NCBI RefSeq assembly: GCF_006345805.1
Contig: NC_043013.1
Location: forward strand, 58,590,001 to 58,654,000
Direction: 5' to 3'
DNA from: Octopus sinensis
Lineage: Eukaryota
DNA length: 64,000 bases
The position numbers were made by a program, and so were the translations under genes. This document shows, one piece after another, positions 37,377-48,800 of this stretch (position 1 is its first letter; each line of letters opens with the position of its first letter). The notes beneath the pieces were generated by a model. The model made no database searches. It was given only the letters and a program-made list of their open reading frames with translations, and was not told the origin of the DNA.

Positions 37377-37580
37377 ACCTCGTGTGTACTGTTGGCGATT
37401 TTTTTCCCTCTGTCTTCCCTTCTCTGGATCTTTCCTTCTCCTATGTTTCTGACGAAGAGCTCCGCTCGAAACGTTAAACCTGCCTTCTTCCCTTCTTTCC
37501 TGAGCATCCAATAACACTATATTTGTTCCACCTCCTCGCGTTGTTGTGTTTTTTGTGTTTTCTTGTTTGGATTAACTTTA
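37375..37580 (+). mobile_element. Second copy of the 34528-34800 family, without the inverted duplication
   Basis: Same interior and same 3' end (...CTCGCGTTGTTGTGTTTTTTGTGTTTTCTTGTTTGGATTAAC), lying between (TA)n tracts. Confidence 0.8.
37445..37479 (+). ncRNA. Minimal type I hammerhead motif
   Basis: GTTT CTGACGA A GAGC TCC GCTC GAAA CGT T AAAC. The core is intact, stems I and II are 4 bp, and stem III is reduced to the palindrome ACGU with a GUU site. Confidence 0.6.
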
Positions 37581-37615
37581 TATATATAAATATATATATA
37601 TATTATATATATATA

Positions 37616-37658
<43 letters not shown>

Positions 37659-38202
37659 ATGTGTGTGTGTATGTATGCATGTACATTCTCTATTCTTTCC
37701 CTCCCCTTTTTCTCCTTCCCCCTGTGGCCACTTGTCAATCATCTGTGTCGTCTTCATCTGATGACATGTCGGAGAAAACAGGGAAAGGATATTGGGATCT
37801 ATTTCTGAGTGTGTTGGTTTTGTTGTTGATGCTGGTTGATGACAGTTGGGATGATGTGTTTGGGTTATTATAGTTTCCTCTTCTTCCTGTGGAGTTGTTG
37901 TTGGTGGTGGCAATGATGGTGTTGGTTCTGTTGTTTGGTTTGGCTGGCTTGTTGGTTTCAGATGTTCGTTCATTTGTTTGCAGAGCTGCTTAATTAGTTG
38001 TAGATAAGTAGAGGGTGGGTGGGTGGATGGATGGGTGGATGGGTTGGGTAGGTAGGTAGGTAGGTAGGTAGATAGGTAGGTAGGTAGGCAGGCAGGCAAA
38101 CAGGCAGAGAAGCAGGCAGGGCAGGCTCACACTCATGTTCGTAAAGTGTTTCTGAACATCAGGTGTGCAATTCTTCATGGACATGAAACTTTGCATAACT
38201 TC

Positions 38203-38860
38203 AAAGTCGACCACGGCGGAATTTGAACTCAGAACGAAGCGGCAGACGAAATACCTATTCCTTTACTACCCACAAGGGGCTAAACACAGAGGGGACGAAC
38301 AAGGACAGACAAACGGATTGAGTCGATTACATCGACCCCAGTGCGTAAATGGTACTTAATTTATCGACCCCGAAAGGATGAAAGGCAAAGTCGACCACGG
38401 CGGAATTTGAACTCAGAACGAAGCGGCAGACGAAATACCTATTCCTTTACTACCCACAAGGGGCTAAACACAGAGGGGACGAACAAGGACAGACAAACGG
38501 ATTGAGTCGATTACATCGACCCCAGTGCGTAAATGGTACTTAATTTATCGACCCCGAAAGGATGAAAGGCAAAGTCGACCTCGGCGGAATTTGAACCTGG
38601 AACGTAACGGCAGACGAAATACCTATTTCTTTACTACCCACAAGGGACTAAACACAGAGGGGACAAACAAGGACAGACAAACGGATTGAGTTGATTACAT
38701 CGGTCCCCAGTGCGTAACTGGTACTTAATTTATCGACCTCGGAAGGATGAAAGGCAAAGTCGACCTCGGCGGAATTTGAATTCAGAACGTAGCGGCAGAC
38801 GAAATACCGCTAGGCATGTCGCCGCCCGGCGTGCTAACATTTCTGCCAGCTGGCCGCCTT
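38203..38860 (-). repeat. Tandem array of SINE family 1: one head plus about three 184-185-bp body units
   Basis: AAAGTCGACC recurs at 38203, 38387, 38571 and 38756. The tRNA-like head is present only at the right end. Confidence 0.9.
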
Positions 38861-39419
38861 TAAAATATTTGCATAATGTAGAGCTGAGTTAAGTTGTCTT
38901 GAAAAGGTTTCAGCAAAGACGATTCTGAAAGTAATAATTAACTGAATGTAATTAACTGAAAAAAAAAGTTCAATTTACTTTATTAAAAAAAGGACAAATC
39001 ACATTCAGATATGGAAACTACTTACACACACACACATACGCACACACACACACTCACAGACACACACACTCACACACACACACACACACACACATACCAC
39101 CACCAGCAGCAGCACCACCACCATCATCAACATCATCATCATCACTAACAAGCCATTGTAGACATGGAATGGTGTGCTGCAAATATTTACTGCAGAGTTT
39201 TTCTTTTTATTTATATTTGTTTTGTAGATTTTTCTCTTTTGCCTTCGTTACGAAAAGTGTCAATTAAGTTTTTACGTATTTCGAATAAAAAAAATATGTT
39301 GTGTTGGACAAGTAAATAAAAATTCTTCGCGAAATGAAGTTAGGAAAGTTCCTTTTTAAATTGAAAATCCTACAAATAGAAATTTTTACCTGATGTTTTC
39401 TCCAATATATCTCACTTTT

Positions 39420-39459
<40 letters not shown>

Positions 39460-39470
<11 letters not shown>

Positions 39471-39830
39471 AGGTCACTTTCGTGTGCTACTGGTAACATG
39501 TAACCTAGTAACAACCTGTTGCATGGTCGGGTCGTCGGCGTCTAAACCGGCAAGCCCACCAAGCTTGCTTAGTGAGGAGGGTGTTTATTGAACACCCTGC
39601 GGCATGAAAAACAAAGCGCGTCAAAGGGCGGAGGAAATCTTGAGAGTCAACGGCCATCCAATAAATGTATATTTTTTTAAAGGCATGCGCGGGGACATAG
39701 AAATAATCGTACTGAATACCCGATCGCACAGTTAAACCATTGGGAGTGAAGGACTCCTAGCCTTTGTTAGAGCATCCTTCTAGGAGAAGGTAACTCAGGT
39801 AACTGGGATAACTCCGACATAAAACCTGCG
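39460..39830 (+). mobile_element. Possible isolated 5' UTR of an RTE-type retroelement
   Basis: GC-richer structured island with the hairpin GGGTGTT-TATTG-AACACCC and CTAGGAGAAGGTAACTC...AAAACC, reminiscent of RTE leaders. No ORF support. Confidence 0.3.
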
Positions 39831-40072
39831 GCTCAGTGGTTTCCGGTGATGTTGACTTGTTCTTTTCAGATTATGGCTGCTGTTGCTTAGTGAGTGGGAT
39901 TGACTCAGTGCACAGCCTTTCCTCACTTTAAAAAAAATCTTCTTGCACAGGCATTGCACGATAGCAACATTGTTCATGATTGTTGCTAGTGTTGTGAGTC
40001 TCAACTGAATGGCTGGCTGTAGCCTTAAAAAGCAAATAAAACTGACATTCGATCTCAGCACCAACAACAGTC

Positions 40073-40108
<36 letters not shown>

Positions 40109-40157
40109 GTATTTATGTATGTATGTATGTATGTATGTATGTATGTATGTATGTATG

Positions 40158-40188
<31 letters not shown>

Positions 40189-40399
40189 GTATGTATTACA
40201 TTATATAATTAGGGCTTAGTAAAATAAAATAAATTACTTTGCCACATACTGAACTTAGTAGAAATAGCAGCCAAAAAAAATTTTTTTTTTTTAGCCGTTT
40301 CTACTACTTAAAGAAAATTTCTCTCAGATAATGTTTACTCCAGACAGCTCACGAAGGTTTGGAGGTAAATACAGAAAAATATCACAAGTACATAGATCG

Positions 40400-40462
40400 T
40401 TTGAGTACGTTAACGTTTCAAGATTAGCCAAGTAAAATCAGCATTTCTTTCGTCAGCTCAAA
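40400..40462 (-). ncRNA. Type I hammerhead ribozyme, array copy 1
   Basis: TTTGAG CTGACGA AAGA...TCTT GAAA CGTTAACGT A CTCAAA read on the minus strand. Confidence 0.8.
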
Positions 40463-40901
40463 ATTTCTTAATTTGGATTTGGAAACACTAAAAAGAAGGA
40501 ACCTTACCTATCTGCGAACTTGTCGCTTCAAATGAACCAGCTCCGACTGACAGTGCTAACAAATTCAAAATGCGCAGGCGTAAATCTCTGCACTCCTTTG
40601 CCACCCACGTGGTCTATCAAGCAAACATTATATTTTAACCGCGAGAACCGAGGCAGTATGACAGAGAGAAATGAATTATAATATCAACAATTGAGGGTAA
40701 AATTAATTAATCAATTTCACCAAGTGTTCAGTATGTAAAAGGACCATTTAAGGCGAATTCAAAATATTACATTATATAATTAGGGCTTAGTAAAATAAAA
40801 TAAATTACTTTGCCACATACTGAACTTAGTAGAAATAGCGACAAGTTCACAGATAGGTAAGGTTCCTTCTTTTTAGTGTTTCCAAATCCAAATTAAGAAA
40901 T

Positions 40902-40964
40902 TTTGAGCTGACGAAAGAAATGCTGATTTTACTTGGCTAATCTTGAAACGTTAACGTACTCAAA
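40902..40964 (+). ncRNA. Type I hammerhead ribozyme, array copy 2
   Basis: Stem I 40902-07/40959-64; CTGACGA 40908-14; stem II AAGA/TCTT; GAAA 40945-48; stem III ACG-TTAA-CGT; GUA site at 40958. Confidence 0.8.
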
Positions 40965-41476
40965 CGACCTACGTACTTGTGATATTTTTCTGTATTTACC
41001 TCCAAACCTTCGTGAGCTGTCTGGAGTAAACATTATCTGAGAGAAATTTTCTTTAAGTAGTAGAAACGGCTAAAAAAAAAAAATTTTTTTTGGCTGCTAT
41101 TTCTACTAAGTTCAGTATGTGGCAGGCAAAGTAATTTATTTTATTTTACTAAGCCCTAATTATATAATGTAATATTTTGAATTCGCCTTAAATGGTCCTT
41201 TTACATACTGAACACTTGGTGAAATTGATTAATTAATTTTACCCTCAATTGTTGATATTATAATTCATTTCTCTCTGTCATACTGCCTCGGTTCTCGCGG
41301 TTAAAATATAATGTTTGCTAGATAGACAACGTGGGTGGCAAAGGAGTGCAGAGATTTACGCCTGCGCATTTTGAATTTGTTAGCACTGTCAGTCGGAGCT
41401 GGTTCATTTGAAGCGACAAGTTCGCAGATAGGTAAGGTTCCTTCTTTTTAGTGTTTCCAAATCCAAATTAAGAAAT

Positions 41477-41539
41477 TTTGAGCTGACGAAAGAAATGCTG
41501 ATTTTACTTGGCTAATCTTGAAACGTTAACGTACTCAAA
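41477..41539 (+). ncRNA. Type I hammerhead ribozyme, array copy 3
   Basis: Identical motif to copy 2, 575 nt downstream; GUA site at 41533. Confidence 0.8.
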
Positions 41540-42124
41540 CGATCTATGTACTTGTGATATTTTTCTGTATTTACCTCCAAACCTTCGTGAGCTGTCTGGA
41601 GTAAACATTATCTGAGAGAAATTTTCTTTAAGTAGTAGAAACGGCTACAAAAAATTTTTTTGGGCTGCTATTTCTACTAAGTTCAGTATGTGGCAAAGTA
41701 ATTTTATTTTATTTTACTAAGCCCTAATTATATAATGTAATATTTTGAATTCGCCTTAAATGGTCCTTTTACATACTGAACACTTGGTGAAATTGATTAA
41801 TTAATTTTACCCTCAATTGTTGATATATATGTATGTATATATATACATATGTATGTATATATATACATATGTATGTATGTATATATATATGTATGTATGT
41901 ATATATATATGTATGTATATATGTATGTATATGTATGTATATATATATGTATGTATATATATATATATGTGTATGTATATATATATATGTATATACATAT
42001 ATATATACGTTTGTGTATGTGTATGTTTAAGTGTGCATGTATGTATGTGTGTGTGCGTAGTGCATATGTGTGTGCACACGTGCATGTTTGTGTGAGTACG
42101 TGTGTGGGTATTCATGGGAGGACA

Positions 42125-43070
42125 CATCCGGTTGTCTCGAGAGAACATGTATCTGTGTCTGGAAAGTCTTGTCTTCGTCTTAGCAGAACATCATTAGTTG
42201 AGACTATAAAGACCTCCATATGGGTTGTAGTCCTGAATACAAGGGAAGTCCCTGTCTGCTAGTCTTGCTTTGGTGCCATACCTTTTCGAATATAATTTTC
42301 TTCATCAGCAAGACCAGCCTTACCTCTCATGTTTTTAAACCTGTATCTAGTTCCCATTTCGAATGGGATCTGCCGTCAGAAATGTTTTCTCACTTTTCAC
42401 CTTTCGTATTCAGACTTCATGTCTTTCTCATAAACATGCTTGCAATTAACATAGGCTTATCCAAGTGCGCACTTACTGGATGCCTGCGTTTTAAATATCA
42501 AGTCTTTCTATATGACATGTGGCGCACATGACCCAACCTAAGTCGGTATCATTATTGCAGCAAGAGGAATCTGGGGCTCTGTATGGATCACAATGTCAGA
42601 GTTGATGACTCGGTGCTCCGATCTTTTGATCTTGAGAAACCATAGGTGAAAGGCATTGATATATCAAACATGTCTGGAAAAGATGGTCCTGGGACATATC
42701 CCATAAAACAGCACGCAACTCTTTTCCATTCCACAGCGAACATTCAAGTGTTTAGAAAGAAGATCAATGGAAATGAGTGACACCATTGATATCTCTGTAG
42801 AATAACTGAACCATCTTGTATAACACCGGTGGGCAGGAAATCATGGCAAGAATTATCAAGAAACTCTCTCTGCTCACAAAGGCCACACCTTTCGTGTGAC
42901 CAACCAAATTGTTGTGGAGAAGCTGTTTGGCTCTCTGCATTTTACATGTAATTGTCGCAGAGAGCGGATCATGACAATGGAGCAGTGTTCTGACAGATGA
43001 CTTTCTGCAATCGATTTAGGAGTACACAAGTGAGGGCCGTCTCAACAAGGAGATTCTTGGATAGTTATTG
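42125..43070 (-). pseudogene. Degraded RTE-clade LINE (RT fragments and 3' end)
   Basis: Minus-strand frames give LLNRLQKV, AFVSRESFLIILAMISCPPVLYKMVQLFYRD and a C-terminal GGLYSL..C. An RTE-like tail (CTCTCGAGACAACCGGATG) follows. Many stops and internal deletions. Confidence 0.6.
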
Positions 43071-43227
43071 CACACGTTTCTCTCTCCTTCCATTTATTTT
43101 TTTTTCTACGTCTGATTGAAGATCACACGTGATGGCCAATGGAATTCTGCTCAATCTTGGGACCTTGCCAATCGGAAGCTGATTAATGGCATAGCTTGAA
43201 CACTGTTGAGCTTTACATACAGGCAGC

Positions 43228-43298
<71 letters not shown>

Positions 43299-43324
43299 CA
43301 GTTAGATAGATAGATAGATAGATA

Positions 43325-43670
43325 TGTTTCTTTATTAGCCACACAGGGCTGCACACAGATAGAACAAATTACAAGGTAGAGCTTTTCTTTTGAAGGTTTA
43401 AAAAAAAAAAAAAAAAAAAAAAAAAGGAAAGGGGAGTTTCGATCAAAAGGGATCGAAAAAGGAGAGAAAGAGGACAAAAAAAGGGGGGGTTAAAGAAAAA
43501 AAAAAAAAAAAAAAAAGGGGGAGAGGAAAAAAAATTGATCAATAGGGATCGTTATCACAGAAATGTCAATATGAAGTGTAAAGGGGAGGACAGGTGAGGT
43601 TTACCCGTGGAAAGAAAAGCCTACGGAAAAGACCACGGTAACCTCGGTCAATGAAGTCACATTTTATATT

Positions 43671-43703
<33 letters not shown>

Positions 43704-44022
43704 AAATAAGCAACTCTCTGTTTTCGATTTCTGGGTTCATAGGACTATGCTCAAGGTGGCTTCGTCATTCATACGTGCCATTCTTGCTACATTCACCCAT
43801 CTTTTTTTAAAACATTAGCTAGACAAAACTTGCCTCTCTACTCTCACTTTCCTTTTCAAGTGGTACTTGAAGAAGTTGATGAGAGATTGACCAGAGAGGA
43901 AAGTGTTTGTCTCCAATCCTTTCAGACGCGTCCACCAGATACATTCTTTCGCCATAGCCACAAGGATGATGAAAATAGCTCTTCCTTCCCGTTTGAAGGA
44001 AGGAGGCGTGACAATATTGACA
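43325..44022 (-). mobile_element. 5'-truncated 3' fragment of the Tx1-like family, embedded in (GATA)n
   Basis: ILVAMAKECIWWTRLKGLETNTFLSGQSLINFFKYHLKRK matches the end of ORF2 at 45824-46040. (GATA)n lies at 43228-43324 and from 44023. Confidence 0.85.
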
Positions 44023-44035
44023 TAGATAGATAGAT

Positions 44036-44073
<38 letters not shown>

Positions 44074-44246
44074 GGATGGATGGATGGATGGATGGATGGA
44101 TGGATGGATGAGTGGATGGATAGATAGACAGACATAGACAGATAGCCAGACAGACAGACAGATAGAGAGATAAGTGGAAAGATAGATAAATAGATAGATA
44201 GACAGGCACACAAGCAGACAGGCAGATAGACAGACAGACAGGCAAG

Positions 44247-44282
<36 letters not shown>

Positions 44283-44471
44283 CAGACAGACATACATACA
44301 TACATACATAGACAGATAGACAGACAGACACATAGATAGGTAAGTGGAAAGATAGATAAATATATAGATAGGCAGACAGGGAGACAAGCAGACACACGTG
44401 CAGACATACAGACAGACAGAGAGATATACAGATAGATAGACAGACAGACAGACAGATATATAGATAGATAA

Positions 44472-44516
<45 letters not shown>

Positions 44517-44535
44517 GAGGGAGAGAGAGAGGGAG

Positions 44536-44618
<83 letters not shown>

Positions 44619-44622
44619 CAGT

Positions 44623-44671
<49 letters not shown>

Positions 44672-44848
44672 GGATGGATGGATGGATGGATGGATGGATG
44701 GATGGATGGATGAGTGGATGGATAGATAGACAGACATAGACAGATAGCCAGACAGACAGACAGATAGAGAGATAAGTGGAAAGATAGATAAATAGATAGA
44801 TAGACAGGCACACAAGCAGACAGGCAGATAGACAGACAGACAGGCAAG

Positions 44849-44910
<62 letters not shown>

Positions 44911-45085
44911 TACATACATACATAGACAGATAGACAGACAGACACATAGATAGGTAAGTGGAAAGATAGATAAATATATAGATAGGCAGACAGGGAGACA
45001 AGCAGACACACGTGCAGACATACAGACAGACAGAGAGATATACAGATAGATAGACAGACAGACAGACAGATATATAGATAGATAA

Positions 45086-45180
<95 letters not shown>

Positions 45181-45199
45181 TAGAGGGAGAGAGAGGGAG

Positions 45200-45296
<97 letters not shown>
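44023..45296. repeat. Compound tetranucleotide satellite (GATA/GGAT/GACA) with a ~600-bp higher-order duplication
   Basis: The landmark TGAGTGGATGG occurs at 44109 and 44711, and the flanking interruptions repeat in register. Confidence 0.85.
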
Positions 45297-45297
<1 letters not shown>

Positions 45298-45458
45298 CTT
45301 TTTATTGTAGCCACACAGGGCTAAACACAGAATAAAAATGGACGAAATACTATGTAGATTTTTTTCTTTTCGAGGTGGGATGGGTGGGGCAAAAAAAAAA
45401 ACATTTGATCAATAGGGATCTATGGGTTGTGTGGTGTATAAAAAAGCAATATATATAT

Positions 45459-45489
<31 letters not shown>

Positions 45490-45491
<2 letters not shown>

Positions 45492-45683
45492 GTAGGTCCC
45501 GGTTGATTCGGGGTTAACCACAGTAAATAAGGTACTCAATACATAGCAGAGTAAAATTAATTTATTATATAGAAGGAGCTTCTACAGGACTAGAACTGTT
45601 TCATTCAAGAGAAATCTTCCTGAAGATTTCTCTTGAATGAAACAGTTCTAGTCCTGTAGAAGCTCCTTCTATATAATAAATTA
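45490..45683. repeat. Fold-back insertion (62-bp arms, 2-nt spacer) in the Tx1 3' UTR, pivoting on a hammerhead-like core
   Basis: 45558-45619 is the reverse complement of 45622-45683. The plus strand reads CTTC CTGAAGA TTTCTCTTGAAT GAAA CAG...CTGT A GAAG. (TA)n flanks both sides. Confidence 0.8.
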
Positions 45684-45823
45684 TATATATATATATATAT
45701 ATAAGGTTCACAGTTTAGGTGTAGCCTTGGAAAGAAAAACTTACAAAAAAGACCAAGGTCACCTCAGACAGTTCGAAAAAGAACACATGAGCAAGTCGCC
45801 TTACTTCTCGTTGTCTCTTTTAG

Positions 45824-48800
45824 TTACAGATTTATGCTTAAAATAGTGTCGTCTTTCATACTGACCATTTTTGCCACTTTTACCCACTTTTTATTAAAAC
45901 ATTCTTTCGACAAAGCCTTCCTCTCTATTCTCATCCCCCTTTTCAAGTGGTACTTGAAAAAGTTGACGAGAGACTGACCAGAGAGGAAGGTGTTTGTTTG
46001 CAGTCCTTTCAAACACGTCCATCACACACATTCTTTCGCCATAGCCATCAGCGTAACGAAAACCGTTTTCCCTTCCCGTTTAAAGGAAGGAAGATAGTGG
46101 AACAATATAGACGATAGACTCGGCCGATAGGCGGGCCCGACCTACAAGTGACAACAGCTGTTCGACGAAGGTCCACAGCTCTGAAATATCTGGACACTGC
46201 ACGAATGCGTGCAGAACGGTTTCGTCGCTCTGACCGCATCTCGGGCTGGTCGGTCCGGTGATGGTTTTCGAACCGTGTCTGTAGCTCTTTTCTCGAACAG
46301 GTAATGCGTCTCGATAGCACTGCCAAGCCAGGGATTTCTGGAAGTTATCCATAGGCCCCGGCCCGAACGTCGTCCTGAACAGGCGGGTTAGGAATTTCTC
46401 GTCGACGCCCAGGTTTGCCCCGAGTGTGTCGTCGGACCTCCCCTCCACTAGTCCTCTATAGAACGCTTTAGTCGTTTGGAAGTTGCACAAGTTTGACCCC
46501 GGTCGGCAGATCTGCTGTAGAGCTTGGCGACACTCTCGGCTGCCAATCGCCCAGTTTCGGTCTCTTCTTGATCCACGTTTGCAGTTCGGTCAGTGAGACG
46601 ATCTGCGGGAAGGCGCGCCTCACAAACGGAGCCCACACCTGTTCACCGTCGTCGATGAAGTTCCAGAGATGTCGCAGTCTCAGCGCATGCCTGCGCATCA
46701 TCAACCACTGCATGCCCAGTCCACCATTCAACGGATGTTGACAGCAAATGGACTTCCTCACCATCGGAACGCCACCCTTCCACAGGAAGCGGAAGAGTAC
46801 GCGTTCCAGTTTGGTGATGGTGGCGTCGGGACAAGGTACGACGGTCAGGCGGTAATCGATGACGGATGCGATGTACGCGTTCGCCACCTCCGCCCGGCCT
46901 TTTCGAGACAGCTTTCTCTCGGCCCATGTTTGGCTGAGAGCGACCACTCTACTCGTGATCTCGTCCCAGTTCTTATTCATTTGGAGGTACGGACTGAACC
47001 AGACCCCGAGCAATCTAACCGGTCCGTCCGTCCAGCGTCCCACTATTGAGCCGCAGTCGGACGGCATGGGCTTGCTTCTCCAGGTGCCGAGTAGCAAACC
47101 CACTGACTTTTCCGGGTTAATCTTCGCTCCCGTCACCGTTTCGTATTTTCTTAGTGTCTCGCCTATCATCTGGATGTGTTTGTCGCTCGACACTATGATG
47201 GTGACATCGTCCGCATATGCCGACACGCTCGTCCCGCAACCCAGTTCCCGTGGGATACCCCCTCAGTGTCGCCAGCTTCCGTAGTAGCGGCTCGAGAGTC
47301 AATACATACAGAAGCGCCGACAGAGGACACCCCTGACGGACCGAATGTGTGATGTCAAACGGTTTCGACAGGTGACCGTTCCCCGAATCACCGATCAGAT
47401 GTCGCTATCCAACCGCGGAAGACGGGACCGAAGCCAGCCGCTCTGAGGACGGCCGCCAAGTACCGATGGTCGACCCTATCGAAGGCTTTAGACTGATCCA
47501 AATTTATCAGCGCCCCACTCATACAAGGATCCTTAACTACCCTGTCCACAATGTACCGCATCAGATGGAGGTTGTCATGTATGGTCCTGCTCGGCACGGC
47601 GCATGTTTGCGCCCAGTCGACCAGTTTACCAATGACAAGCGCCAATCTCTCGGCTATTACTTTGGCCAAAATTTTCAAATCTGCGTTGAGCAGAATGATA
47701 GGCCTGAAATTATCTATAAAATTCCCCTTGTTTGGGTCTTTCTTCAGCAACGTCACTGCACCTCGGCTCACGAAACCGGGGATTCTCCTGTTTTGTTGCC
47801 ATTTGCAGTAGACTGATGCCAAAAGGTCGCCAAACAAGTCTGGCATTTGACAATACAGCTCGTAGGGTAAACCATCCAATCCAGGCGACTTATCCCTCGC
47901 GCAGCCCGCCATCGCATCCCGCACGTCAGCGGCTGTGATAGGACTTTCACAACACTCCACTTCTCTTGCCGAGAGCCGCGGCAGGTCGGTCAGGTAGGCA
48001 CTGAAATCCATCCCGCGTTCCGACCCACCACTCGCACCAAACAGTCGAGCAAAGTGCTGTTGAAAGGCCTCACACATCCTTTCGGGTTCGAGTAAACTGC
48101 ATCCCTGTTGATCTATTAAAGACCGAATGGTGGCTCTGTTGCCACGCTGCGCCTCCGCTACCCGAGCCTCTCGCGCAGCTTCGATCCCTTCGTTCCTTAA
48201 GGCACGCATTTTAGCTCTGACGACGCAACCTTCGTGCTTGGCGTTGAGGTGTTAGTCGAGGGCCATCCTCGCAGCCAGCACGTTGGTTGCGCTGCCAGTG
48301 GTAAGTGCCTCTTCTAGTTTCTTAACCAGGTCTCCCTCTACTCTATTTCGATCTATCACTAATTCCTTGCTAAACCTAATTGATTCCGATTTTATTGCCA
48401 TTTTCAGTGTGTACCACTAGCGGTTGTTAACGACGGCTCCCGTCAGCGCCCTCTTAATTAACTCGCTAATCCGGTTCCTGTAAACCTGTCGGCTAAGAGC
48501 GACGTGTTCAGTTTCCAGTAACCGGGACTCTGTCTATGTGTCTTATCTAAGTCGAGCGTACACGTCACAAATTTGTGATCTGTGTAGCTGACTATTTTAA
48601 ATTGTGGACATCCTACACTGTCCCTATCCGCTGTCCTGCATAGAATTCTATCTAGATAAGATCTCGACGATCCGACGCGGTTTGTCCACGTTGGCACGTT
48701 CGGATGGTCGAGTCGGAACCTGTCAAACAAATGGAAACGTCTGAGTAGGTCTTTGAGGCACTTACACCCGCTTCTATTCCTATCCATTCCCATATAATCT

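Larger units (their letters stand above)
40194..41826. repeat. Tandem plus inverted array of a ~570-575-nt non-coding unit, one hammerhead per unit (retrozyme-like)
   Basis: About 1.1 units lie on minus (40194-40839, period 571) and about 1.7 units on plus (40838-41826, period 575). The junction has GC microhomology. Microsatellite flanks both sides. Confidence 0.9.

Noticed and set aside
37578-38099. 173-aa Pro/Thr-rich minus-strand ORF
   Set aside because: Both ends are microsatellite and the middle is low-complexity. It may be a LINE ORF1 relic but has no diagnostic motif.
38203-38860. CRISPR-like or other prokaryotic array
   Set aside because: The units are whole 184-bp SINE bodies without unique spacers, there are no cas genes, and the context is eukaryotic.
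43815-45314. Long track ORFs of 190-400 aa (IYLS repeats)
   Set aside because: These are translations of (ATCT)n-type microsatellites, which have no stop codons in those frames.
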